Source of the DNA: Trueperaceae bacterium
GTDB lineage: Bacteria > Deinococcota > Deinococci > Deinococcales > Trueperaceae
Direction: 5' to 3'
DNA length: 64,000 bases
Assembly (NCBI GenBank): GCA_034520945.1
Contig: JAXHNB010000006.1
Location: 352,001-416,000 of the forward strand
The notes beneath the pieces are model-generated. The model saw only the letters and a list, made by a program, of their open reading frames with translations, was not told the origin of the DNA and ran no database searches. Every line of letters starts with the position of its first letter. Within the stretch, counting starts at the first letter, position 1. Below, in pieces: positions 45,956-56,800 of the stretch. The position numbers were made by a program, and so were the translations under genes.

Positions 45956-46411
45956 TCAGTAGCCGTCGCCTTGCTCTTGCGCTTCGCGCGTGAGCTCCTC
46001 GAGGACCGCTTCGCGCTCCTGGTCGACGCGCCGCTTGTACGCCATCACATCTTCCAGGCGAACGCGACGGTGCGTCCCTACCTTCCGGTAGGGGATGTCC
46101 CCCTCCTCCAGGAGCTTGACGAGGAAGGGCCGGGAGACGTTGAGGACGTCTGCCGCCTGAACGGTGGTGAGCTCGGCGCTTTCAGGCATGAGGGTGACTC
46201 CGCGGCCCGCCGCCATGGCGTCGAGGATGTCCATGAGGAGACCCACAGCCCCGGCGGGCAATTCGATCGGCTCGCCCCGCCCTTCCTCGGCAACATGGAG
46301 CATGAGGGGGCGCCGCGCCTCCGCATAGCGGGACAGGCGCTGCCCCGAGGCGCGGGCGAGGGCGCTGTCCTGTGGACTCGGAGGGAGTTCACGGTGTACA
46401 TGCATGGTCAT
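45956..46411 (-). CDS. excisionase-like HTH DNA-binding protein (putative antitoxin)
   Basis: ELTTVQAADVLNVSRPFLVKLLE.G.IP..KVGTHRRV; GGAGG RBS. Confidence 0.9.
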   Translation of the reverse strand: MTMHVHRELPPSPQDSALARASGQRLSRYAEARRPLMLHVAEEGRGEPIELPAGAVGLLMDILDAMAAGRGVTLMPESAELTTVQAADVLNVSRPFLVKLLEEGDIPYRKVGTHRRVRLEDVMAYKRRVDQEREAVLEELTREAQEQGDGY

Positions 46412-46619
46412 GGCACCTCCTTCGTCACCACGCCATCCTAGCACAAGTGAAATATGTGAAACAGATGCTCTATGTGACGCGGCGCCGGCTCACCACGCAA
46501 TGTTCAGGCACGTCACCGGCACTTCACTGGGGTGATCATGATTCGGCCACCCAGACGATGCACGGTGCGCGATCGGTCGATGATGCCACCGGCTGTGTCG
46601 GCCCCACGAACAGCGCCAG

Positions 46620-46750
46620 CGCGTTGCGCACTCACGATTCCGAACGCTGGCGCACGGGAGTCGACATCAAGCTCGTCCTCGAGCGCACGGGCCACGTCAG
46701 TCCCAGAAGCAAATCGAGCACGCACGAGCAGCTGTTGCGAAGCGATCGGG
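46620..46750 (+). pseudogene. tyrosine recombinase C-terminal remnant
   Basis: ALRTH..GVDIKLVLERTGH resembles the LRH..GV.IK.VSERLGH box; lies about 220 bp from a tRNA fragment. Confidence 0.55.
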
Positions 46751-46942
46751 GCGCGGTCTCGCCGCCGCAGCATCGACGTGATCGATGCGTACTACGAGCA
46801 CCGTCACCTACCATGGTAACCGCGTTCCAATCGTCGCGGCACGTCGAAGACCCGAATCGCGTGGCACTTTGCTTTGGACTTTCGAAACGTGCGTGGGCAA
46901 CGAGTGGACCCGTGGAACCATGCCATTCACGGTCTGCATCCC

Positions 46943-46972
46943 AAAAAAGGAATCCCCTCAGGGACGGGACTC
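46943..46972 (-). terminator. terminator downstream of tRNA fragment
   Basis: Minus strand GAGTCCC-loop-GGGATTC followed by CTTTTTT. Confidence 0.6.
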
Positions 46973-46974
46973 GA

Positions 46975-47019
46975 TGGTGGGTCGTGTAGAACTCGAACCT
47001 ACAACCAGCTGATTAAGAG
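46975..47019 (-). repeat. att site: 3' half of tRNA-Lys(CTT), copy 1
   Basis: Reverse complement CTCTTAATCAGCTGGTTGTAGGTTCGAGTTCTACACGACCCACCA: anticodon loop, T arm, CCA; no 5' half. Confidence 0.9.
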
Positions 47020-47404
47020 CCTGGATCGCACCAGTGTCTTGAGGACCGTCGTAGTCCGTCCTGAACGTATTTGTTGGCTCTACCGTTCACGTCGCATAGC
47101 ACTCCATATCCGCCCGTATGACTGCGTGTCGAGGGGGTTCGCACACTGGCTCGCACGCCGCTGCTTCCTTCCTGTTGGCTAGCTCGTTCTGCGCAAGGAT
47201 CGTTGGAGTCTTGGTGCGAAACATGGCGTCGGAGCCATCAAAACCTCTCGCTCCCAAGCCTCTCGGGGCGGCCGTAGTGACTGGACTCTCGGACGCATGC
47301 ATCGCACCAGGCGACGGAGAGCGGGTCAACAGTGAGCAAGCCAACGCTGACAGTCGAGTCGATGAATGCGATCGAGGTGCTTTTGGCAAGTGGCGCGCCG
47401 TGCT

Positions 47405-47700
47405 GCACGTTGCTGCCGATCGTCGAGCCCGAGGTGCTGATGGACGGCGACCACGACATCGATTGCTGCTTCGATGCGACCGAGGCGACGTTGCGCGAGG
47501 CCCTCTACCAGCTTGCGCAGCAGGGGGTGGACCTCGAGGGGGTGATCTTGAAGCCGAACATGGTGCTGTCGGGCTCCGAGGCGAGCGACCGGCTCGGACC
47601 GGAGACGGTCGCCGAGATGACGCTCACCTGCTTCTCGCATACGGTTCCCGACGCGGTCCCTGGCATCGCCTTCCTGTCGGGCGGGGGAGGGCTCGAGACT
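47405..47700 (+). pseudogene. class I fructose-bisphosphate aldolase internal fragment
   Basis: PIVEPEVLMDGDH..LEGVILKPNMV..VPGIAFLSGG; both termini missing. Confidence 0.88.
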
Positions 47701-47864
47701 TCGGTGCACACGGTCGTGCCGATCGGCTGGGTGGCCGCCTGGCAGGCGATCGCCCGGGCCGACGCGAACGTGGACACGCCCTTTGCTCGCAAGGCGCGCT
47801 CGAGCTTCGTCGCGGGGTGAGCCATCGCCCGTCCTCTACACTCGGGTATGCCTCTTCGACCTGA

Positions 47865-47960
47865 ACTCGTCATCGGTAGCAGCTCCGGCGTCGGCACCGC
47901 GACCGCGCCCTACCTGGCCAAGCGTGGTGAGGCCGTCGACGTAACGGTCCCGAACGACGC
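47865..47960 (+). pseudogene. SDR N-terminal fragment
   Basis: LVIGSSSGVGTATAPYLAKRG Rossmann-like motif with no continuation. Confidence 0.5.
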
Positions 47961-47981
47961 GGACGCGTCGTCCGGGGGTTC

Positions 47982-48971
47982 GTGACGCCCGTGGTGGACG
48001 CGCCCTGGGAGAAGCGCACCATCTTGCTCACCGGCGCGACGGGCTTCGTCGGCAGGGCGGTACGACCCGCTCTGGAAGCCGCCGGGTGGCACGTTCGCGG
48101 CCTCACGCGTGACGCCGCACGAGCGGCCGAGCACGCACCCGACGTGGACTGGTTCGAGGGCGACGTCGCTGACCGTGATTCGATGGCCAGCGCGCTCGAG
48201 GGCGCCCACGCGGCTCTATACCTGGTGCACGGTATCCGCGAAGGCGCCGGCTACCACGAGCGCGAGGTCGCAGCCGCCGCTGGCTTCGCCGCGGCGGCCG
48301 CCGCGGCCGGGGTCCAGCGGATCGTGTACCTGGGGGGCGTGGCGCCCACCGGTCCAGGGTCCGAGCACCTGCAGAGCCGGATCGAGGTGGGCGAGACGCT
48401 GCGGGCGGGCTCGGTGCCCACGATCGAGCTGCGCGCCAGCATGATCGTGGGTCACGGCAGCCTGAGCTGGCTCATCGTCCGCGACCTGGCGGCGCGGTTG
48501 CCGGTGATGATCCTGCCGCGCTGGCTCCGCTCGCGCACGGAGCCCGTGGCGGTCGACGACGTGGTCGTCGCGCTCGTGCGGGCGATGGACCTGCCGATCG
48601 AGGCGAACGCCTGGTTCGACGTGCCTGGACCCGAGATCCTCTCCGGCAAGGAGTTCCTCGACCGCACCGCCGTGCTGATGGGCTTGGGCGCGCCGCTGAG
48701 CATCGACGTTCCCTTCCTGAGCCCGCGCTTGTCGTCGCTGTGGATCCGGCTGGTGACGCGCGCCGACTGGTCGGTCGCCCGCGAGGTGGTGATCGGCCTC
48801 ACCGAGGACCTGCTGGCGCGCGACGACGACTTCTGGTCACGCATCGATCACCCGCAGCGCGTGAGTTTCGACGAGGCGGCGCGCCGAGCGCTGGCCGCGG
48901 AACGAGGAGCGCGACCCGCGCGGGGATTCTGGGCGCTCGTCGAGCGCGCGCGAGGGGTGGGATCACGGTGA
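47982..48971 (+). CDS. NAD(P)-binding atypical SDR/epimerase family protein
   Basis: LLTGATGFVG, YLVH, HLQSRIEV, DLAARLPVM. Confidence 0.88.
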   Translation: MTPVVDAPWEKRTILLTGATGFVGRAVRPALEAAGWHVRGLTRDAARAAEHAPDVDWFEGDVADRDSMASALEGAHAALYLVHGIREGAGYHEREVAAAAGFAAAAAAAGVQRIVYLGGVAPTGPGSEHLQSRIEVGETLRAGSVPTIELRASMIVGHGSLSWLIVRDLAARLPVMILPRWLRSRTEPVAVDDVVVALVRAMDLPIEANAWFDVPGPEILSGKEFLDRTAVLMGLGAPLSIDVPFLSPRLSSLWIRLVTRADWSVAREVVIGLTEDLLARDDDFWSRIDHPQRVSFDEAARRALAAERGARPARGFWALVERARGVGSR

Positions 48972-49149
48972 AGCCCGGCGATCAGGGTGGCTGAAGCGCG
49001 CTCGTCCGGCGGCGCGGTGCGATCGCCCTCGCCTCGCCCTCGCGTGCGTGAGCTCCTTGGGCAGGGACCCACGCGCGCAGCGACCGAACGGTACGCGACC
49101 CCGTCACGCGCAAACCACGGGCCGCACCGGACCTCGTTCTCGAGGCCAG

Positions 49150-49374
49150 CGACGACCGGCATCCGAACGAAGTCCACGCTGGGGCCCGTGGTGGCAGCCT
49201 TCGTCTTCGCGCTCGGGGCCGTGGCGGGGGCGGCGCTGCTGGCGCCGTTGCTCGAGCCCCTGCCGGCGAGCATTCTGCGTGGCCGGCGAACGCCTCGGGT
49301 CCTGAAAGATCGTCGGGGGAGCGCTGGTCCTGGGCGCCACCATGCTGGAGCTCTGGCCCATGCACGGAAGACGC
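49150..49374 (+). pseudogene. fragments of a DMT paralog (homologous to 25756-25887 and 26079-26145)
   Basis: TTGIRTKSTLGPVVAAFVFALGA..EPLPASI and GGALVL..LELWPMHGRR. Confidence 0.85.
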
Positions 49375-49530
49375 GGCCGCCGCTTGCGGGTGGTCGTCCC
49401 GTACCAGGTCGAGATCGGCCGCCTTCGCGTTGGCCTTGACCTGCTCGACGCTCTTGCAGCTGGGGATGACGCAGGTGACGGCCGGGTGCTGCAGGCACCA
49501 CGCCAGCGCCCAGGCGGCCATGTCGCCCCC
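49375..49530 (-). pseudogene. 3' fragment of an aldo/keto reductase paralog
   Basis: MAAWALAWCLQHPAVTCVIPSCKSVEQV..DDHPQA, near-identical to the tail of 42247..43184. Confidence 0.88.
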
Positions 49531-49783
49531 TCCGGCACCTCCTGGTGGCGGATCCGTTCGGCGACGATGGCGAGGAATAGGGCGGCCCCGAAGGAGGCAA
49601 CGTTGGCGGACGAACGGCTCGACGGTACGGATCTGGCGACGCCAGGGAAGCATGCTTGGCCCGAGCGGGTTTCCCCGCGAGCGGCGGCTGGCGTGACACG
49701 ATCGCCAGCGCGAAGGCAGTTCCTGGCAGTGGCCTACGTCCTACATGTGGTGCTGCAAAAATACCGTTTGCTAACATATTCGT

Positions 49784-51620
49784 ATGCCGGAAGCTTCGCG
49801 AAAGCGCGTTCTGATGCTCGGGGAGTGTGCGACCCTGCTTGATGGCGTGCAAGACGCGCTCTTCGTGACAGATTCGGCCGGTGCCGTGGTCTTCATGAAC
49901 GAGGCCGCCAAACGCCTACACGGCTTCGCGGACCGGGTCGAGAGCGGCAACCACATCGCCAATCTGCTTGACCATGTCCGTGAGGTGTTCGAGATTCGTA
50001 CCCTCGACGGACGGGCCGTCGCCGACGGGGACCAGCCCGTGGTGCGGGCCTTGCGAGGCGAGCCCTTCAAGGACGTGGAGTTGCTCGTGAGACGGGTCGG
50101 AGACGACGACGCGCGAGTCTGCGTGTTCAACGGTAGCGTAATCGAGGGGGATGCGCCCCTGTCGCTTCTCACGGTGCGCGACGAGACCGATCGCTATCGC
50201 TCCGAGCGGCGCTATCGCGTTGCCTTCGAGGCCGATCCAGCACCCTCCGTCATCGTTCGCTTGTCGGACCTACGTATCCTTGATTCCAACGAGGGCATGG
50301 CGGGCCTCACGGGCCTGGCGAAGGACGACCTCGAGGGCGGCCTGCTCACCGATCTCGACCCGCGCAACCAGAACGATGCCCTGTACGCCGCGGTGGAGGG
50401 GTTGAAGGATGGTACTCGGCTTCACAAACTGAAGTGCCCGCTGGTCGCGTCCGACGGCAGCGAGAAGCACGTGCTCGTCTCTGCGCGCGCGATCGAGGTC
50501 GATGGACGAGCGTGCGCCATCTTCACGTACCTCGATATCAGCGAACTCGAGGCGGTGCAGCGAGAACTCCAAGCGTCCGTGCTGGGATTGCGTGCGGAGC
50601 GGGAACACGCCGAGGCGGAGGCGGCGCGGTGGGCGTCGGTCCTCGAACAGGCGCCAAGCCTGACGGCGGTGCTCGAAGGGCCGGATCACCTCTTCGTCGC
50701 CGCGAACGAGAGGTACGTGCGTTTCTTCGGCGATCAGGAGCTCCTCGGGCGGCGCCTGGTCGACGTCATGCCGGAGGTCGAGGCTCAAGGCGTCATCGCC
50801 CTTCTGGATCAGGTCTATTCGACGGTCGCAGGTCTATTCGACGGGCGAGTCCTTCGTCGCGCACGAGATGGCGATCGACCTGGATCCGTTGGGGCGCGGC
50901 GCACCGGCGCGCTACTACTACGACCTCGTCTATCAGCCGCTCCGTGACGGCCGATCGATCCGGGGCGTCGTAGTCCAAGCCGTCGACATCACGGAGCAAG
51001 TCAAAGGGCGCATTGTCGCCGAGCAGCTAAGCGAGGAATTGCGGGCCGCCTACGACAAGACGATCGAGGGGTGGGCTCGCGCGTTGGACCTCAAGGACCA
51101 CGAGACGGCGGGTCACTCCCAGCGCGTCACGACCCTGACCGTCGAGCTGAGTCGACGGATGGGCCTCTCCGAGGACGACATCGAGCACATTCGACGCGGA
51201 GCACTGCTCCACGATATCGGCAAGATGGGCGTGCCAGACAGAATTCTGCTCAAACCTGGCGCGCTCTCGGCGGACGAGTGGGAGATCATGAAGCGCCACA
51301 CGCAGTACGCCCACGACTTGCTCTACCCCATCGAGCGCCTGCGGCCGGCCATCGACATCCCCTACCGCCACCACGAGAAGTGGGACGGCAGCGGGTATCC
51401 TCACGGGCTCGCCGGCACGGCCATTCCCATCAGCGCGAGGATCTTCGCCGTCGTGGACGTCTTCGATGCCCTGACGAGCGACCGGCCCTACCGTTCGGCC
51501 TGGACCCGCGACGAGGCGCTCTCCTACGTCGCGGAGAACGCCGGCACGCACTTCGACCCCGACGTCGTCGACGCGTTCATGGACCCCAAGACTCCTGTTC
51601 TGGGTAAGAACGCTCCGTAG
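49784..51620 (+). pseudogene. PAS-PAS-PAS-HD-GYP phosphodiesterase split by a 19-nt insertion
   Basis: PAS domains in 49784..50947; HDIGK and HHEKWDGSGYP in 50868..51620; duplication at 50810-50844 shifts the frame. Confidence 0.88.
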
Positions 51621-51830
51621 TGCTGGCGGGCCGACTCCGCGCTTCGAGACGAGGCACGTCCAGAGCGTAGCCTCTCGGCACCCAGCGCAGTTTCGCTGAG
51701 CGCAGCCCCGTGCGCCGGATCGGCTTGGAGCCGCAGGGTGAGGACGGCGATGCCGGCGAGCAGCTCGGGGTAGGCGTGGCCTTGCATCGCGCTCAGGTCG
51801 ATGACGCTGGCGACACGGGTAGGCTGAGCC

Positions 51831-52202
51831 ATGTTCTCGGGCATCCATCACGTCGCCGTCCGCGTTACCGACCTTGAACGCTCCATCGGCTTCTACGAGC
51901 GCCACTTCGGCTTCGGCGTCGTCGATCGCGCCTCGCTCGCGAACGGCGCGAAGATCGCCTTCCTCGCGCCGCCGGACGGCGGAGCCCAGCTCGAGCTGAT
52001 CGCCGGCCTCTCCGACCACCTGGACGGCGATGGTCTCGTGCACCACATCGCGTTCCAGGCCGACGACGTGACGGCCGCCTTCGAGCGGCTGCGCGATGCG
52101 GGGGTGCCGCTGCTCGACGAGGCGGTGCAGACCTTGGAGAGTGGGCGCCAGCTGTTCTCGTTCCGAGGCCCCGACGGAGAGCTGTTGCAGGTCACCGGGT
52201 AG
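51831..52202 (+). CDS. VOC/glyoxalase family protein
   Basis: IHHVAVRV.DL..FY, LELI, HHIAF, GPDGE. Confidence 0.9.
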   Translation: MFSGIHHVAVRVTDLERSIGFYERHFGFGVVDRASLANGAKIAFLAPPDGGAQLELIAGLSDHLDGDGLVHHIAFQADDVTAAFERLRDAGVPLLDEAVQTLESGRQLFSFRGPDGELLQVTG

Positions 52203-52404
52203 GCCCACCGGCGACGCTGCTGCCGCGTTCCGCGATCCGGGGCGCGCGATTCCCGACGCGGCGTCGGCGCAGCGGAAGGTAGGAATGGCGTCTGCCGTGG
52301 AGCAGCCGCTCACGGCGTCGACGGGGTCTCGAACGCCTCCTTCAGGAGGCGAGGCAACAGCTCGCCCGAGGGGCCGATCAAGCGGTATGCGACCGGAGTC
52401 GGCG

Positions 52405-52725
52405 TCCGACCACGCTTCGCTGGGAAGCATCTCGCCGAACCACACGACGTTGGGACGGAGCCACCCGCCGTCCGGTCCCGGCTGCGGATAGGAGGCGAAC
52501 GGCACCGGCTCAGGCGTCACCTTACGGCCCGAGCGGTGGTCGCGCCACACCGTGATGCTGCCGTGGAGTTCCACCAGCGCCTTGCTGCCGGCGCGTCGGT
52601 GCAGGCCGTCGACGTTCTGCGTCAGCAGCGCGAAGCGTCCACCGGCGTCCACGACCTGCCGCTCCAGCGCGGCGATCGCGTGGTGTCCTGCGTTGGGCTC
52701 AGCGGCAAGGGCCGCCAAGCGGCGC
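52405..52725 (-). pseudogene. sirtuin (CobB-like deacylase) internal fragment
   Basis: PNAGH, TQNVDGLH..AGS..ELHGS, LRPNVVWFGE; GAGIS N-terminus and GTS C-terminus absent. Confidence 0.88.
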
Positions 52726-52763
52726 GCGTCGACCCGTGTTTCGCGCGACGGAAGGCTCCCAGG

Positions 52764-52792
52764 GTGACTACAACGTGATAAGATGTAGTCAC
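52764..52792. promoter_or_regulatory. putative TA operator
   Basis: GTGACTACA-N11-TGTAGTCAC perfect inverted repeat containing a TAAGAT -10-like box. Confidence 0.75.
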
Positions 52793-52820
52793 ATTAGGCC
52801 ATCTGGCATTGGGAGTTGCG

Positions 52821-53096
52821 ATGAAGCAGACGACCGTCAACGTTCGCGAGCTCAAGGCGCGCCTCTCGCATTACCTGCGGCTCACGAAGGCGGGGGAGGC
52901 CGTCGAGATCACGGAGCGAGGCGTCCCCATCGGGCGGATCGTCCCCGTCGCGGCGCCGATCGAGGACCGTATGGACGCCCTGGTGCGAAGCGGCTGGTTG
53001 CAGTGGGACGAGCGGCGGCTCCCGCGCACCGCACCCGTGGCGCGCACCCGCGGACCGCGCAGCGTGGCCGAGCTGCTCATCGAAGACCGCGAGTGA
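52821..53096 (+). CDS. Phd/YefM antitoxin
   Basis: VRELKARLSHYL....GEAVEITERGVPIGRIVP. Confidence 0.92.
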   Translation: MKQTTVNVRELKARLSHYLRLTKAGEAVEITERGVPIGRIVPVAAPIEDRMDALVRSGWLQWDERRLPRTAPVARTRGPRSVAELLIEDRE

Positions 53097-53530
53097 TCGT
53101 CTACCTCGACGCCAGCGCACTCGTCAAGCGCTACGTGGCCGAGACAAGCTCCGACGAGGTCGCAACGCTCGTCGACGCGGCTTCGGTGGTCGGCACGTCG
53201 GTCATCAGCCGCGCCGAGGTGGCCGCTGCGCTCGCCAAGGCCAGCCGGATGAACGTCGTGCCGCCTCGCGAGGCCGAGGTGGCGCTCCGTGCGTTCGGCG
53301 ACGAGTGGACGGCGCTCGCACGCCTGCAGATGACCGAGATGCTCGTCGCGCGGGCCGCTGCCGTCGCTTGGGACCATGGCTTGCGCGGCTACGACGCCGT
53401 GCACCTCGCCGCGGCGCTGTTCTGGCAGGACATGATGGGTGAGCGCGTCACGGTGGCGACGTTCGACCACCAACTGTGGAGGGCCGCACACACCACCTCG
53501 CTTGGCGCCTGGCCCGACGGGCTCGCGTAG
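53093..53530 (+). CDS. vapC: VapC PIN-domain toxin
   Basis: YLDASALVKRY..E, LRGYDAVHLA, TFD; GTGA overlap. Confidence 0.93.
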   Translation: MIVYLDASALVKRYVAETSSDEVATLVDAASVVGTSVISRAEVAAALAKASRMNVVPPREAEVALRAFGDEWTALARLQMTEMLVARAAAVAWDHGLRGYDAVHLAAALFWQDMMGERVTVATFDHQLWRAAHTTSLGAWPDGLA

Positions 53531-53633
53531 GCGATGTCGGCCGGGCAAGGCCCGGCGCGACGGTGGACCTACCGAGCGGCCCTCGCGTCGCCGACCACGC
53601 AGGACTGCGGCGATGCAGCGGGGGAATCGCCAG

Positions 53634-53815
53634 CTAAGCGACGGTCACCGCTTGCGGATGGTCGTCGTGTACGAGGCCCTCCTCGGGCACGATCGCTACG
53701 GCCACCTTCGTCGCGCGGTGGTCGTTCGGGCCATAGAAGGCGACCGTGGCGACCGGGTATCCCGCAAATTTGCGGTTCGCGCGCCTCCTCAAGGGCTTCC
53801 AGGGTCGCGGCATGG
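53634..53815 (-). pseudogene. truncated hypothetical gene fused to an aldo/keto reductase tail
   Basis: GYPVATVAFYGPND.RATKVAV followed by LVHDDHPQAV*. Confidence 0.55.
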
Positions 53816-53867
53816 TTCCTAGCTTGGCACATGGGCGTCGCCACCGCGGGTTGGTAATCTTCGGGTC

Positions 53868-56800
53868 GTGGTCGTCCTTCACGCACATTGGCGACCCGCG
53901 CCGGCGGCGACCGGTGTCGGCCGCATGCTGCTATGGGCGGAGCGGGAGGACCGGAGCCGCGACGGCGCGAAGGAGCAGCATCCGGGCCTCGCCGAGACGG
54001 ATGCGGTGCGGCGCCTGCTCGAAGCGGCCGCCGGCGAAGCGGGCGTGCAGGGCGAGGCGTCGCTGTGGTTGCCGTCCACGCGCCGCGGGCCGTTGCCCTC
54101 CCCGCCGTTGGCGCGCCCCCGCCGTGGTCGCCCGCCGAAGGTGACGCTGCGGCGCTGGACGGTACGCGGGCAGGCCCTCGCTCCGGATGCGGCGGTGCTG
54201 GCACTGGCGGGATGGGGCGATTCGCCCGGGATGGGCCGTGCTGGCCAGACCGTCGTCCTGGGTGACGATGCACGCAGTTGGCAGGCGGCAGCTCGCCTGG
54301 CGCTGGCAGCGCTCGCGCGCCAGCGGATGGTGCCCGGCCTCGTGCACGACCCCGCCGGGGACGCCGACGCGGCGCGCTGGAGGCTCCTCGCGGCCGATGA
54401 CGAGGTCGCGCCGCGCCTTGCGGCGCTGCGCGCCTCCATGCCGGACTCGTGCAGGGCCGCCAGCGACGATCCGGAGCGGGCGCCCTCGGCCGGGGTGCTG
54501 CTGGAGGGTTTCCTTCATGCCGCCGTGGACGGCCTGACGAGGCGCTGGGCCGAAGGGCAGGCTCCGGGACCTGGCGACGGTCCCGCGCGCCGGTGGCTCG
54601 CCGCCCTGTTCGGCCCGGACGCCGAGGTGCGCGCCAGTCCCGCGCAACGCCAACGCTTGCGCGATGCGCACCGTCGCTGGCTTCGTGGCTTGTCGGTCGC
54701 GGGCGATGATCGTGCCCGTGTGACCTTCCGGTTGGAAGAGCCGAGCGGGGAGGAGGACGCGTGGGTGCTGCGCCCGCTCCTGCAGGCCCGGGACGACCCC
54801 AGCCTCCTGGTGGACGCGGCGGAGGTGTGGCGCGGCGAGCTGGGCGCACTGGCGCAGCGCTTCGCGGGGGCGCCCGAGCTGCTGCTGGCCGGGATCGGCC
54901 ACGCCGCCCGGATGTTCGAGCCCCTGCGGGAGGCGCTACGGGACGCGGCCCCTTCGGAGGTGGCGCTGAGTGCCGAGCAGGCGTTCACGTTCCTGCGCTC
55001 GGCCGCGCCGCTCCTCGAGGAGAGCGGCTTCGGCGTGCTGGTTCCGCGCTGGTGGTCGCGACAGGACGCGCGGCTGGGTGCGCGTCTGCGGGTGGCGCCC
55101 GCCCCGGCCGGCGGACCGGGCTCGGGACAAGTGGGCATGCAGCAGCTGATGCGCTACCGCTGGGACGTAGCGATCGGGGAGGCGTCGCTCACCCGGGAGG
55201 AGTTCGAGGCGCTGGTGGCGCACAAGGTGCCGTTGCTGCGTTGGCGTGGCGCGTGGGTGCGGCTGGATCCCGAGCAGGTGGAGGCGGCGGCGCGCTTCTT
55301 CGAGCGCCGCGAAGGCGAGCGCGACGTGCCACTGCTCGAGGCGATGCGGACCGGCCTGGGCGAGCGCTCGGAGATCGACGATCTGCCGGTCCGCGAGGTC
55401 GACTTCGAGGGCGATGCCGGCCGCTGGCTCGCCTCCCTCGCCGAGGGCGAGGCGCCGCAGGAGTTGCCGGAGCCGCCGGGGTTCGAAGGGCGGCTGCGGC
55501 CGTACCAGCTGCAGGGCGCCTCCTGGTTGACGTTCGCCACGCGCTTGGGCCTGGGGGTGTGCCTGGCCGACGACATGGGGCTCGGCAAGACCGTGCAGAC
55601 GCTGGCGTACCTGTTGCACGAGCGCGAGGCGGGGCACCTCGACCTGCCGGTTCTGCTGGTGTGCCCGACGTCCGTGGTGCGGAACTGGTTGGAGGAGGCG
55701 GCGCGCTTTGCGCCGTCCCTGCGCACGCTCGAACACCAGGGTGCGACGCGGTTGCAAGGCGAGGCGCTTGGTGAACGGCTGGCCGAGACCGAACTGGTGC
55801 TCACCAGTTACGCCGTGGTGCGCCGTGACGCCGAGTCGTTGCAGGCGTTCGACTGGCACGCCGTCATCCTGGACGAGGCGCAGAACGTCAAGAACCCAGG
55901 CACGGCGCAGTCGCGGGTCGTGCGCCGGCTGTCGACGCGGGCCCGCGTCGCCCTCACGGGCACGCCGATCGAGAACCGTCTGGACGAGCTGTGGTCGATC
56001 GTCGACTTCCTCGATCCCGGGTACCTCGGCGCACGCCGCGACTTTCAAAAGCGCCTCGCGCTCCCGATCGAGCGCGAGGCGGACGAAGGGGCGCTCTCCA
56101 CGCTGCGCCGGCTGGTGGCGCCGCTGGTGCTGCGACGCCTCAAGACCGACCGGAGCGTGATTCGGGATCTGCCCGACAAGATCGAGCAGCGCAGCCATCT
56201 GCGCCTGTCCGAGGAGCAGGCCAGCCTGTACGAGAGCGTCATGCGGGACGCCATGCGCGCCGTGGAGGAGAGCGAAGGGATCGAGCGCAAGGGCCTGGTG
56301 CTCTCGATGCTGACGAGCCTGAAGCAGATCTGCAACCATCCGGGGCAGTTCCTGGGGGAGACCGGGCGTGATGCGGCCCTGGGGCGTGAGGGCGAGCGGC
56401 GCAGCCCCAAGCTGTCCCGATTGACGGAGCTCCTGGACGAGATGCTGGGCGCCGGGGACGCCGCATTGGTGTTCACCCAGTACCGCCGCATGGGCGAGCT
56501 GCTGGTGCGGCACCTGTCCCACCGCCTGGGCATCGAGGCGCCGTTCCTGCATGGCGGCGTCGTCGCCTCGAAGCGTGCGGAGATGGTGCGGCGCTTCCAG
56601 AGTGAGGACGGCCCGAGCGTGTTGGTGCTCTCGCTGAAGGCGGGTGGGACCGGGCTCAACCTGACCCGCGCCTCGCACGTGTTCCACCTCGACCGCTGGT
56701 GGAACCCGGCGGTGGAGGATCAGGCTACCGACCGGGCCTTTCGCATCGGGCAGCGCCGCAACGTCCAAGTCCACACCTTCGTCACGCTCGGTACGTTGGA

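Noticed and set aside
51027..52718. 563-aa sirtuin, possible Sir2 defence protein
   Set aside because: Only about 105 aa are a CobB-type internal fragment; the rest is antisense to the VOC and HD-GYP genes
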